From positions 25,173 to 89,172 of the forward strand of contig CAKSZH010000011.1 in the NCBI GenBank assembly GCA_934525675.1: DNA of 64,000 bases, given 5' to 3'. Origin of the DNA: an uncultured Eubacteriales bacterium (GTDB taxonomy: Bacteria > Bacillota > Clostridia > Oscillospirales > CAG-272). Under the pieces are notes generated by a model, which made no database searches, was not told where the DNA came from, and was given only the letters and a program-made list of their open reading frames with translations. Position 1 is the stretch's first letter, and every line of letters begins with the position of its first letter. The position numbers and the translations under genes were made by a program. Positions 54,612 through 64,000 of this stretch are shown here, piece after piece.

Positions 54612-56138
54612 TTAACGGAGCGGGAATTTTGACGGGTCGTTCCCGGCTTTTTTCATGCTGCCGAGGACGCCGAGTCCGATGGGAAGCGAGATCACAAGCG
54701 CGAACAGGTCGGAAACGGGCTGCGCGAAGAGAATGCCCGTCAGCGGGTCGCCGCCGCACGACTGCACGATCAGCGGGAGCAGAAGGACGGCGGGAACGAA
54801 GGTCAGTCCCTGGCGCGCCATTGCGACAACCGTGGCGCGGACGGTGAGACCGATGTTCTGGAGCATCATGTTGCACAGGATGACCCAGGACATGAGGGGA
54901 ATGGTGAGGAGCTGGAGGCGGAGCGCCGCGGCGGCAATCCTTGCGGATTCCTCACTGCTGCCGACGACGGCGTGTGTCAGCGGTCCGGCAAAGGCAAAGC
55001 CGACGACGGACAGAACACAGAGCACGAGAAAGGAAATCTTCAGACAGAAATAGTATGCGCGTCTGACGCGGTCATATTTCCCCGCGCCGAAATTGAAGCC
55101 GCAGACCGGCTGAAAGCCCTGCCCGAAGCCGATGAGCGCGGAGGACAGGAACTGCGTGATCTTGGCAACGCCGGTCAGTGCCGCCTGCGCTGCGTCGATC
55201 GCCGCGTCGCCGACAAGGTAAATGCCGACCGCATGGTTGAGGCAGGAGGTCGCCACCGAGGCAAGCCCCTGGCGCGCCAGCGAGGGAAGTCCGCCCTGCA
55301 CGATGCCGCGGAAATAAAACGGGCGGAAGCAGGCGGTTTTGCCGAAGCGGATCTTGACATTGTCGCTTCTCTGCAGCCCGATGAAAAGCAACAGAAAGCT
55401 GACCAGCTGACTGATGATGGTCGCAAGCGCCGCGCCCGCAACGCCCATGCCGAAGCCGTAGGGCATCCGGAAGCCGAAGAGCGGGTCGCCCGTGCGGAAA
55501 ATGAGAATGGGATCGAGTACGATGTTGATTGCCGCGCCGGAACAGAGTCCGATCATGGCGAAGAAGGCATTGCCCTGCATCCGGAGCTGGTTGTTGAGCA
55601 CCAGCGACGCAGTCATCCACGGCGCGCCGATGAGAATGAAGGTCATATAATCAAGCGTTGCCGCAACGGTTGCGTCGGTTTTTGCGCCGAGCAGATGCGC
55701 GAGCGGTGTGCGGAAGAGAAGCCCGAAGACGGCGATTGCAAGTCCGATGAGCGCCGCGTACACAAATCCTGCGGTCGCCATGGTTTCCGCGTCACCGACA
55801 TCCCGTCTGCCGAGCGCACGGGAAATGTAGTTCCCGGAGCCGTGCCCGCAGAAATATCCGAACGCCTGAATGACGGACATGAGCGGCAGGACGATGCCGA
55901 CCGCCGCCACCATGCTGTCCGAATCCAGCTGACGCACAAAAAAGGTGTCGGCGAGATTGTAGAACGAGGTGATGAGCATGCTCACGATGGTGGGGAGCGC
56001 AAACTTTACGACGAGCTTTTCCACCGGCTCGGTCGTCATGCGGATATACTTTGCCTCCGCCGCGGCATCTGTACCGGGTTCCGGTTGCCGCTGTTCTGCC
56101 GGGTTTGTCTGTTTGGTTTTCGGCTGTTCTTCCGGCAT
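54612..56138 (-). CDS. MATE family efflux transporter
   Basis: LVVKFALPTIVSMLITSFYNLADTFFV, ~12 TM. An alternative start at 56039 (MTTEPVEK) would drop the polar extension. Confidence 0.85.
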   Translation of the reverse strand: MPEEQPKTKQTNPAEQRQPEPGTDAAAEAKYIRMTTEPVEKLVVKFALPTIVSMLITSFYNLADTFFVRQLDSDSMVAAVGIVLPLMSVIQAFGYFCGHGSGNYISRALGRRDVGDAETMATAGFVYAALIGLAIAVFGLLFRTPLAHLLGAKTDATVAATLDYMTFILIGAPWMTASLVLNNQLRMQGNAFFAMIGLCSGAAINIVLDPILIFRTGDPLFGFRMPYGFGMGVAGAALATIISQLVSFLLLFIGLQRSDNVKIRFGKTACFRPFYFRGIVQGGLPSLARQGLASVATSCLNHAVGIYLVGDAAIDAAQAALTGVAKITQFLSSALIGFGQGFQPVCGFNFGAGKYDRVRRAYYFCLKISFLVLCVLSVVGFAFAGPLTHAVVGSSEESARIAAAALRLQLLTIPLMSWVILCNMMLQNIGLTVRATVVAMARQGLTFVPAVLLLPLIVQSCGGDPLTGILFAQPVSDLFALVISLPIGLGVLGSMKKAGNDPSKFPLR

Positions 56139-56368
56139 GTCGGTCCCTCGTTACGCTTATTATTCATTTAATTTTAACATATTATATGCGCTTTGTCAAG
56201 CCGGGAACCGGAAAGGCAGGGAAGATGGGCATTTTGCGCGGAAAACCTGTGAAAGGGGGACGCTTTTTCGGCACATCCCTTGACTTGACGCGGCGGAATA
56301 TGGTAAAATCAAACCGATTACCGACAGACCGGGCGGATGAAACACCGGCAGTCGGCGGAGGGAAACAT

Positions 56369-59300
56369 ATGACGGAACAGGAAAAGAAAACAGAACAGAT
56401 GCGGCGTTTTGCAACGGTGGAAGAGCGGCGTGCGCTTGCCGGGCGGATCGCCGCCGGGGGCGCGGTGCTTCTGAAAAACGAAGGAAACCTTTTGCCGTTT
56501 TCGGGGAGCACGCGCGTGGCGGTGTTCGGGCGGACGCAGATCAATACCATCAAGGGCGGCACCGGCTCCGCAAACTGTGATTGCGAGTACACCGTCAGCT
56601 TTCTGGACGGCATCCGCGGGGCGGGAATTCCGGTGGACGAACATCTTGCGGACGTTTACCGAACCTGGACGGCGGCGCACCCCATCCCCAGCTTCGGCGT
56701 GTGGGGAAGCGGAATGCACTGCGCACCGGAAATGTCGCTTGACGATACGATCCTTGCGGACGCGGAGAAAAACGCCGACGCGGCGATTGTCGTGATCGGC
56801 AGGACCGCCGGGGAAAACGAGGATGTTGCCTTTGGCGAGGGAGACTGGTATCTGTCTGCGGACGAGCGGAACATGCTCGGCGCGGTGGTCTCCCGTTTCC
56901 CGGGCAGAACGGCGGTGCTTGTCAACAGCGGGGGACTGATCGATTTTTCCTTTGCGGATACCTTCGGCGTGTCGGCGTTGCTTCTTTGCTTCATGCCGGG
57001 TATGGAAGGCGCGCGGGCGATCGGCGATATTCTCGCAGGTCGTGTGACTCCGTCCGGAAAGCTGACCGCGACCGTGGCAAAGAACTATGAGGATTACCCC
57101 TCCGCGGGGCATTTCGGACAGACGGGCGGCGGCATTATCCAGGACTATGTGGAGGATATCTACGTCGGCTACCGCTATTTCCTGACCTTTGCAAAAGAAA
57201 AGATCCGTTATCCGTTCGGATTCGGACTGTCCTATACGACGTTCGGTTTTTCGGAAAGTTCCGCGTCGGAGAAAGACGGGATCATTACGGTTTCCTGCCG
57301 CGTGACCAACACGGGAGGAACCTATTCCGGGCGCGAGGTCGCGCAGGTGTATTTCTCGTCCCCGCAGCCGGAGGACGGCGCAAAGCTGTACCGCCCCCGC
57401 CGGGTGCTTGCGGGCTTTGCCAAAACAAAAACGCTCCTGCCAGGCGAGAGCGAGACCGTGACCGTTTCGTTCCCCCTCTCCGATCTTGCGTCGTTTGACG
57501 ATACCGGCGTGACGGGACACCGCGACTGCTTTGTCACCGAGGCGGGCGACTATCGTGTCTTCCTCGGGAACTCTTCTTTTGCGGACACCGAAGTCTTTCT
57601 GTATCACCAGAAGGAAACGGTGTTCTCGGAAACACTCACCCACCTCGGTACCTCGCTTCCCGCGCGCCTGTGCGGCGACGGGAGCATGGAAACACTCGAG
57701 ACCATTCCGGTCGATCCCCGGGCGGGACTCCGTATCTCCTCGGACGGAGAGACCGTGGTTCCCGCCGGCGCGGTTGCCGCGTCCGATACGGAGATTGAAG
57801 CCGATCTTTCCGCACTCCATGCGGGACAGTCGGTCACCTACCGCCTCATTGCCGGTGCGTCGGGCGGATATACCCTCCGCTTTGACGGGAACGCTTCCGG
57901 GCGATTTTCGGATTACGGAGAGCTGTCGCTCGGCGGCGTGACGCTTACGGATTTTGATGCCGACCTGTCCTCCGCGGGCGGCGCCGGGATCATCCTGCCG
58001 TCCGGTGCGTCCGATCTGACCGTCACGGCAAAACGGGATTTCCCGCCCGTCACCGCGCTGGTTTTCCGCAAGGTCAATTCCGTGTTCCGCATCAGCGGGA
58101 AGGGAAGCACGACCTTCCCGGCGACCGGGTTCTTTGAAAGCGCTTACGGGCTGAATGTCAAGCACTTTTCGGACGGCGGCGACGGCGCGCCTGTCAGCGT
58201 GCTGTCGAACTTCTGGAATCCCGGAAAGTTTGTTACCTATAAGCTATATGCCGAAGAGGCGGGTATTTACGACCTGACGCTCCGCTACGCCAACTACCGT
58301 GACGATACGGTGCTGTCGGACGCGTGCGCGCTGTTCGTGTCCAACGTCGGACAGCCGATCGCCCCCGTCCCCGTCCGCCATACCTGCGAAAGGGAGGACC
58401 AGCTCCACCTGACCGACGTGACTGCCCCCGTGCAGATCGCGCTTCCCGCGGGAGAATGTTACTTCAAGCTGGTTTCCGCCATGTGGCAGTTCCCGGACGT
58501 GGTCAGCTTTACTCTGACGCGCTCGGAGAAGGGAATGACGATGAAACAGGAGGAGGTTTCCGCCGACGGGAACGCAACCTCCGCCGGCTATGAGCCGAGC
58601 CTCATCTCCGACGACCGCGACGCGCCCCGTGCGCCCGTCACGCTCCCCGATGTGGCGGACGGCAGGCATACGATGGAAGAGCTGCTTGCCGTCATGTCCG
58701 ACGACGACCTTATCCGCCTTGTGTCCGGAAACCCCCGCAACAAGAACGAAACGGGAATCTCCGGCTGCATCTGCCCCGCGTTTCTCCGTTTCGGCATCCC
58801 CCCGCTGGAGACTGCCGACGGACCTCTCGGGCTTCGCATCAACGCGCTGACCACGGCGTTCCCGAGCGGTTCTATGCTCGCAAGCTCGTGGGATCCGGCT
58901 CTTGCCGGGGAATTCGGCGGAGCGATCGGCATGGAGTCGGTGCTCTTCGATGTGGATATCTGGCTGGCGCCCGGCATCAACATCAGCCGCGACCCGCGTT
59001 GCGGACGCAACTTTGAATACTATTCCGAGGACCCGCTTCTCTCTTCCGGGATTGCAGTCGCCGTGACGCGCGGCGTGCAGGCATACGGCACGGCGGTCTG
59101 CGTCAAGCATTTTGCCGTCAACAACACCGAACACGAGCGGCTCAAATCCGACAGCCGTGTATCCGCCCGCGCGGAACGGGAGATCTACCTGCGCAACTTT
59201 GAGCGTGTGCTCCGGGAGGGCGCCCCGTGGAGCGTCATGTCCTCCTATAACCATGTCAACGACCGCAAGGTGAGCGAACAGCGCGAGCTGATCACCGACA

Positions 59301-59548
59301 TCGCCCACGGCGAATGGGGCTGGGACGGCGTAATCCTCTCCGACTGGGACAATGATTCGAGCCATGTCAGGGAGCTGCTTGCGGGGCAGGACATCAAGAT
59401 GTCCGCAGGCGACCCGGAGGCGGTATCTGCGGCGCTTGCCGACGGCACGCTTTCGCGTCGTGATCTGGAGATCCCCGCCGCGCGTATCCTCCGGCTGGTC
59501 ATGAAGACCCGCGCGTTCCGCAGGTACCGGGAACAAAACGGGGTATGA
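56369..59548 (+). CDS. Glycoside hydrolase family 3 with permuted domain order and a large central insert
   Basis: Internal ATG with GGAGGG RBS. The GH3 C-terminal-type domain comes first (LLKNEGNLLPF...FGFGLSYTTF), then an Fn3-like segment (GREVAQVYFS). The catalytic barrel is last (KHFAVNN...GWDGVILSDW). Confidence 0.85.
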   Translation: MTEQEKKTEQMRRFATVEERRALAGRIAAGGAVLLKNEGNLLPFSGSTRVAVFGRTQINTIKGGTGSANCDCEYTVSFLDGIRGAGIPVDEHLADVYRTWTAAHPIPSFGVWGSGMHCAPEMSLDDTILADAEKNADAAIVVIGRTAGENEDVAFGEGDWYLSADERNMLGAVVSRFPGRTAVLVNSGGLIDFSFADTFGVSALLLCFMPGMEGARAIGDILAGRVTPSGKLTATVAKNYEDYPSAGHFGQTGGGIIQDYVEDIYVGYRYFLTFAKEKIRYPFGFGLSYTTFGFSESSASEKDGIITVSCRVTNTGGTYSGREVAQVYFSSPQPEDGAKLYRPRRVLAGFAKTKTLLPGESETVTVSFPLSDLASFDDTGVTGHRDCFVTEAGDYRVFLGNSSFADTEVFLYHQKETVFSETLTHLGTSLPARLCGDGSMETLETIPVDPRAGLRISSDGETVVPAGAVAASDTEIEADLSALHAGQSVTYRLIAGASGGYTLRFDGNASGRFSDYGELSLGGVTLTDFDADLSSAGGAGIILPSGASDLTVTAKRDFPPVTALVFRKVNSVFRISGKGSTTFPATGFFESAYGLNVKHFSDGGDGAPVSVLSNFWNPGKFVTYKLYAEEAGIYDLTLRYANYRDDTVLSDACALFVSNVGQPIAPVPVRHTCEREDQLHLTDVTAPVQIALPAGECYFKLVSAMWQFPDVVSFTLTRSEKGMTMKQEEVSADGNATSAGYEPSLISDDRDAPRAPVTLPDVADGRHTMEELLAVMSDDDLIRLVSGNPRNKNETGISGCICPAFLRFGIPPLETADGPLGLRINALTTAFPSGSMLASSWDPALAGEFGGAIGMESVLFDVDIWLAPGINISRDPRCGRNFEYYSEDPLLSSGIAVAVTRGVQAYGTAVCVKHFAVNNTEHERLKSDSRVSARAEREIYLRNFERVLREGAPWSVMSSYNHVNDRKVSEQRELITDIAHGEWGWDGVILSDWDNDSSHVRELLAGQDIKMSAGDPEAVSAALADGTLSRRDLEIPAARILRLVMKTRAFRRYREQNGV

Positions 59549-59606
59549 TTGTATTTGCCCGGCACGGTCTGCGTACTGCCCGGAAACCGATGTCATTCTC
59601 TGTGTA

Positions 59607-59640
59607 AAAGCCGACGGGATCCCCGTCGGCTTTCCTTGCG
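59607..59640 (+). terminator. Terminator of the GH3 gene
   Basis: aaagccgacggg-atc-cccgtcggcttt 12-bp stem. Confidence 0.6.
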
Positions 59641-59674
59641 TATTTCGAGAAATGTGACATTTCTTCAAAACAGT

Positions 59675-59718
59675 ATTGTGCAAATTGCACAATTCAAATA
59701 TTAGTGCAATTTGCACAA
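59675..59718. promoter_or_regulatory. Two adjacent palindromic operator-like sites (TTGTGCAA-N-TTGCACAA)
   Basis: attgtgcaa-a-ttgcacaat is a perfect 19-bp palindrome (59675-59693). tagtgcaa-t-ttgcacaa has one mismatch (59702-59718). Confidence 0.6.
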
Positions 59719-59849
59719 CTATTTCTATCGATTCTGTGCAGAAATAACACACCAAACAAAAAAGCGGTTACAAAAACGGGAATTACGTCTAATCATGACA
59801 AAAAAGTTGCGTTTGTTTGCTTTTTGTTTGTTAAATTTTGAAAAAAGTA

Positions 59850-59878
59850 TTGCATTTTGTGAGGGAATGTGCTACAAT
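59850..59878 (+). promoter_or_regulatory. Candidate promoter of the large secreted protein gene
   Basis: TTGCAT (59850-59855), 17-nt spacer, TGcTACAAT (59873-59878). Confidence 0.6.
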
Positions 59879-59982
59879 GTAAGACACAAAGATGCCCTTT
59901 TCGTGCTCCTTTGTACATCTGACGTATTTTCGGACCGTATCGGATCCGGGGATCAATATTTTTTTCATATGGAGGGAAAACA

Positions 59983-62900
59983 ATGAAAAAATTCTTGGCA
60001 GTTGTTCTTGCTGTCCTGATGGTAGCCGGCGTTTGCATGGTTCCCGTTATGGCAGAAGAACAGGAAACCCTGCCGGACGCATTCTATGTCTATTCCGGTG
60101 AGACCGGCGTGACACAGATGTCCGGTGTTCCCGCAATGAGCGGGTGGACGGTCTGCCAGACCGTCAATATCGACGCATCGACCGGGAAGGTCGGCATAGC
60201 TCAGCTTTCTCCCAACGGAGAATTCTGGGATACCGGTGTGATTTACGACATCGCAACCGGCATGATCTCTTCCCAGCTCGGCGAATCCGTTACGGTTTCG
60301 ACGTCCAAGGTTACCGCCGCAGGCCCGACTTTCTTTGCGGTAACGTTTGACGGAACCACCGAACTGGTGTATGTCAACGGCGTGCTTGCCGCTACCATCA
60401 CCGGATTCGACGCGGCAAGCGTTCCGGAATACCTCGCTCCCGCATATGTCTGCGCGGACGGTTGCTACGACGCAACCAAGCCCGGCTTCACGACCGATGC
60501 ACAGATTACGACGGCGGCTCTGTCCGTGTTCTCCCGTGTACTGAGCGCCGTGCAGATCGCAACCATTTACGATTCCCTCGGACTCGGCGATTCCAACTAT
60601 TCGTCCGTTGTCTCCGACGCAAACGTGTGGTACAGCATTGACAATACCAAGGAACTGGTTGTCAAGCATCAGGTCATTGATATGGCTTCCATCAAGGCGG
60701 ATACCTCCTTTATGGCGAACGGCTATACCAAGGTCACGACCATCATGATCCCCGAGAAGACCTATGAGGAAGGTTCCATGATCGGTATCGCACAGATCCG
60801 TGGCGCAGTCGCAGGCTCTTTCTATGCCAGCGTTGCGTACGATCTCGGCACCGGTCTGGTCTCCATGCCCTGGATCTACAAGAGCGGCGTTACCTGGTGG
60901 GTCATCGACGAGCAGATTGCACGTCCCGCTACCGGTAACGTGCAGTTCATCGAAACGATGGACGGCAACGGCAACATCTGTGTGTATGTCAACGGTCAGC
61001 TCGCAATGAAGGCGCATCCGAATGCGGAAGCAACCGATGCAAGCGGCTCCCTTGTGTACATCATGAACTTCATCAAGGGTGGCGACGCCTACCAGACTTC
61101 CAACTCGGTCATGGTGCTTGGCGATTACCTGAACCCGAAGCTCACCAACACCTACGACGCGCACTTCTATGATGAAGTCAACGGTGCGTACAACGGCTGG
61201 CAGGGCTCCTACGTGGATAACTCCTACACCAGATACGGCACGATCGTTCTTTCTGCGAAGGGCTACAAGCTGGAAGCCAATGCCGGCGCAATTCCTTCCT
61301 TCTATAAGGGCGGCGCAGGCGTGGATTCGCTCAAGTCCGTGTCCAACCTGAACGTACTCGGCAACTGGTACAATGAGGAGTTCTTCAATCTTTCCAATGT
61401 GGACAACCCGATCATCGGACTGACTGCTCCTTATGAATACACCTACAACAATGACGGCATCAGCCTCGGAAACGGTTATACCAAGGTCGCTGTTTACTAC
61501 ATTCCCGACAATTCCAACGGTAAGATCAAGGAGAACGAGGGCTGGATCAACGTCTTTACGGATGTCTGCGTCAACTCGATCGACGAGACCAATGCATATG
61601 ACGGTATCCGCTATGACATCGGATCCGGTAAGGTTCTCTCCACGCTGACCGCAAACTTCTACCGTTGGGGTCAGGTTGCTCACCCTGTCAAGACGAGCGG
61701 ATTCACCGTATTCGCTATGACCTTTGACGGACACGCACTCAGAGTCTGGGTGAACGGGGAGCTTGCGTTCTACGCGAGCGACAACGAAGCGCTTCCGGCA
61801 AATTCTTTGCCCTACGGCGCTTATGCACAGACCACGGGCAGAGGACTTGGCGAACGCGGACTTACCACCGAGAACCACGCAACCGCAATCAAGAACTCCT
61901 ACAACGGTAATGATGCATACCAGGCGTTCGGCGTTATGCTTTCCTATGAGGCAGGCTACACCGGCGTTGCAAACCAGGGTGCGATCGAAGAGCTGACCGC
62001 TTCCGCGGCGAGGATCGCGTCCAATCTTGCAGGCACGCACATCCACACCTGGGGCGAATGGAACTACACCGGCGAGGGCGCACTGGAGCCCACCTGTACC
62101 AAGGGCGGTGTCCAGACCAGAACCTGCTCCGGATGCGGCAAGCTGGAAACCAAGGCGGTTCCCGCAAACGGTCATACCTGGGGCGCATGGACGGTAACCA
62201 AGGAGCCTACCCTCACCGAGAACGGTTCCAAGTTCAGAACCTGCAGCACCTGTCAGGAAACCCAGACGGTTGAGATCGAACCTCTGATCTCCGCTGTCAA
62301 CTACAACGGTGTGATGGGCAAGACCCCGTACTTCACGTTTGATTTCTCCGAGGAGGGCGGTCTGACCGACATCTTCAAGCAGAATCTTGCGGAAAAGAGC
62401 GAGGCGTTCACCAGCCAGACGAAGATTTCCGTTCTGAAGATCCCGAACCGTGTATATGCATCTGGCTCCCTTGTTGCAATCGCACCTGTTTCCACGGGTG
62501 ACCTCGGCTTTGACATCGGCGCCGCTTACGACCTCGGAACGGGTCTCGTATCTCCCCTCAGCACGTATTATACGGATATTGTCACGCAGAACGCGGTCAA
62601 GGCGACCGGTGTTGTGGAATTCGTTGAGATCGTTACCGCAACCGACCTCAAGGTCTATGTGAACGGCGAACTCGCGCTCCATTCCCAGAACAGCGGTGAC
62701 GCTGAGGCTTACCGCGATCTCTTCACGAGCGGCAAGTACAAGGTACTGCACGCTAACCTTGCAGGCGACAAGGAATCCAACGTGTATGCGCGTTACGGCG
62801 TCAAGACCATGTACGGTGCGGCATACAACGATGTGGAAGTTACGGATGCGATGATCACGAAGATGTACAAGATGTCCACTCCCGCGCTGGAGCAGATCAT

Positions 62901-64000
62901 CGATACCTCCGCAATCCCCGCGTACAAGAATATTACCGGTAAGACTGCATGGAGACCTGCCACCAACTTCCTCACCAGCGGCGGAACCGGACTTGTGACT
63001 AAGGACATGATGTCCTCCAAGATCACCTCTCAGCTGGTGAAGATCACGGTTCTGAACATTCCGGACGTTGCGTACACCGAAGACATGACGGTCGGTATTT
63101 CCCTGCTTTCTCTCCAGTCCGAGACCGGTAGCTATGACTGGTCTGTTCAGTACAACCTCAAGACCGGCGAGGTTTCTCCCGCTACGACGACGGACGGCGC
63201 ACTCTTCTTAAAGGATATTGCAACCTCCGCTCCCGTCAAGGCGACCGGATATGTTCAGTTTGTGGAAATCTTCAACGGTACCCACCTGGATGTATACGTC
63301 AACGGTCAGCTCGCATTCTCCGCAAACGTGGTTGCGGATGACATCAACGCAACGGTTGCCGGCTTCATGGGCGGTACGTACAAACGTCTGACTCTGAATG
63401 CGACCGGCGACGGCAAGAGCGATGCCGCAGAGAAGTGCAACGGTGTCAAGACGATGTACTTTGTCGGCTTTGTGAATCCGACCACTACCATGACTGCCGC
63501 AAGCGTTACGGCAATGCACGAGATGTTCCTTGCCAGCCTGTCCCGCACGGAACAGCCTGATCCGGCACCCAGCTGCACGCATGAGCACACCGAGATCCGC
63601 AATGCAACCGCAGCGGATTGCACGCACACCGGTTACACGGGCGACACCTACTGCACCGATTGCAATGAAAAGCTCGCAAGCGGCGACGTCATCCCCAAGA
63701 CCGATCACAACTACGTGAACGGCGTCTGCACGGTCTGCGGCGCAACTCAGGTGCTTGAAGGCTTCATCACCAAGGACGGCAAGCTGTACTACTACGAAAA
63801 GGGCAAGGTGAAGACCGGCTGGTTCGTGGTGGACGGCAAGACCTACTACGGTTCCTCGGCAACGGGCGTCTGCGTCAACTATGACAAGGTGCTCGGCGGC
63901 AAGCAGTACTTCTGGAACGACGAAACGGGTCTGGTACTCGCGAACGGCTTCTACGAAGTCACCGGCGGCACGGTCTGCTACCAGAACGGTTACCAGGTGA
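59983..64000 (+). CDS. Very large secreted repeat protein (3' end outside the window): signal peptide, five ~100-aa lectin-like modules, Cys-rich knots, cell-wall-binding-type repeats
   Basis: ATG 6 nt after GGAGGG. MKKFLAVVLAVLMVAGVCMVPVMAEE signal. I translated frame 1 by eye from 59983 to ~63210 and saw no stop. Beyond that, the claim that it stays open to base 64000 rests on the ORF track listing no frame-1 ORF in this span. Recurrent ...AYDLGTGLVSP...VKATG.VQFVEI...VYVNGQLA modules. C-terminal GKLYYYEKGKVKTGWFVVDGKTYY repeats. Confidence 0.8.
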   Translation, partial: MKKFLAVVLAVLMVAGVCMVPVMAEEQETLPDAFYVYSGETGVTQMSGVPAMSGWTVCQTVNIDASTGKVGIAQLSPNGEFWDTGVIYDIATGMISSQLGESVTVSTSKVTAAGPTFFAVTFDGTTELVYVNGVLAATITGFDAASVPEYLAPAYVCADGCYDATKPGFTTDAQITTAALSVFSRVLSAVQIATIYDSLGLGDSNYSSVVSDANVWYSIDNTKELVVKHQVIDMASIKADTSFMANGYTKVTTIMIPEKTYEEGSMIGIAQIRGAVAGSFYASVAYDLGTGLVSMPWIYKSGVTWWVIDEQIARPATGNVQFIETMDGNGNICVYVNGQLAMKAHPNAEATDASGSLVYIMNFIKGGDAYQTSNSVMVLGDYLNPKLTNTYDAHFYDEVNGAYNGWQGSYVDNSYTRYGTIVLSAKGYKLEANAGAIPSFYKGGAGVDSLKSVSNLNVLGNWYNEEFFNLSNVDNPIIGLTAPYEYTYNNDGISLGNGYTKVAVYYIPDNSNGKIKENEGWINVFTDVCVNSIDETNAYDGIRYDIGSGKVLSTLTANFYRWGQVAHPVKTSGFTVFAMTFDGHALRVWVNGELAFYASDNEALPANSLPYGAYAQTTGRGLGERGLTTENHATAIKNSYNGNDAYQAFGVMLSYEAGYTGVANQGAIEELTASAARIASNLAGTHIHTWGEWNYTGEGALEPTCTKGGVQTRTCSGCGKLETKAVPANGHTWGAWTVTKEPTLTENGSKFRTCSTCQETQTVEIEPLISAVNYNGVMGKTPYFTFDFSEEGGLTDIFKQNLAEKSEAFTSQTKISVLKIPNRVYASGSLVAIAPVSTGDLGFDIGAAYDLGTGLVSPLSTYYTDIVTQNAVKATGVVEFVEIVTATDLKVYVNGELALHSQNSGDAEAYRDLFTSGKYKVLHANLAGDKESNVYARYGVKTMYGAAYNDVEVTDAMITKMYKMSTPALEQIIDTSAIPAYKNITGKTAWRPATNFLTSGGTGLVTKDMMSSKITSQLVKITVLNIPDVAYTEDMTVGISLLSLQSETGSYDWSVQYNLKTGEVSPATTTDGALFLKDIATSAPVKATGYVQFVEIFNGTHLDVYVNGQLAFSANVVADDINATVAGFMGGTYKRLTLNATGDGKSDAAEKCNGVKTMYFVGFVNPTTTMTAASVTAMHEMFLASLSRTEQPDPAPSCTHEHTEIRNATAADCTHTGYTGDTYCTDCNEKLASGDVIPKTDHNYVNGVCTVCGATQVLEGFITKDGKLYYYEKGKVKTGWFVVDGKTYYGSSATGVCVNYDKVLGGKQYFWNDETGLVLANGFYEVTGGTVCYQNGYQV

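Noticed and set aside
59965-62751. 928-aa minus-strand ORF (and 63208..63708 minus)
   Set aside because: It is antisense to the plus-strand frame-1 gene, which has an RBS, a signal peptide and repeated modules. The track omits the real gene only because it has no stop in the window.

Overview
High-GC Firmicutes-type chromosomal segment; a Clostridia, Oscillospiraceae/Ruminococcaceae-like origin is my inference from gene content and codon style only.

Left to right:
- 3' end of a Lys/Pro/Ala-rich repeat protein.
- tRNA-Ser(GCU) with a consensus promoter.
- A visibly AT-richer islet of seven small, same-strand hypothetical genes, several membrane-anchored (1006-4292).
- An alpha/beta hydrolase.
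- A complete nine-gene de novo pyrimidine operon (pyrC-carA-carB-pyrK-pyrD-pyrF-pyrE-pyrB-pyrI).
- A TetR-flanked lipid/FAS-II-like cluster: PlsC-like acyltransferase, TetR, patatin, second acyltransferase, ACP, KS fused to a Cys-less KS-like domain, FabG, FabZ, FabD, AccD, AccA, flavoprotein, acyl-ACP thioesterase.
- map, a PNPOx-like protein and a MATE pump.
- A ~125-bp tandem repeat.
- Three small minus-strand genes.
- Fe-ADH and nfnAB.
- A ~950-nt gene-free region with a promoter-plus-terminator orphan transcript candidate.
- A phosphoesterase and a second MATE pump.
- A minus-strand redox block: ilvE, rex, LysR, adhE, APH-type kinase, two thioredoxin-like [2Fe-2S] proteins, PAS-containing sensory-type [FeFe]-hydrogenase, PP2C phosphatase, catalytic-type [FeFe]-hydrogenase.
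- A GT2 glycosyltransferase, a third MATE pump and a domain-permuted GH3.
- A very large secreted repeat protein that runs off the right edge and is therefore absent from the ORF track.

Most interesting:
1. The adhE-linked kinase/phosphatase/sensory-hydrogenase module.
2. A direct-repeat operator, ATATCG-N8-ATATCG, shared by the adh, adhE and rex promoters. The adh and adhE promoters have identical architecture. The motif is unlike the canonical Rex box.
3. The lipid cluster, which has a KS/CLF-like fusion and no FabH, enoyl reductase or AccBC in the window.
4. Several unexplained repeat families and an orphan small-transcript candidate.

Many long ORFs in the track are antisense shadow ORFs of recognisable genes and were rejected.
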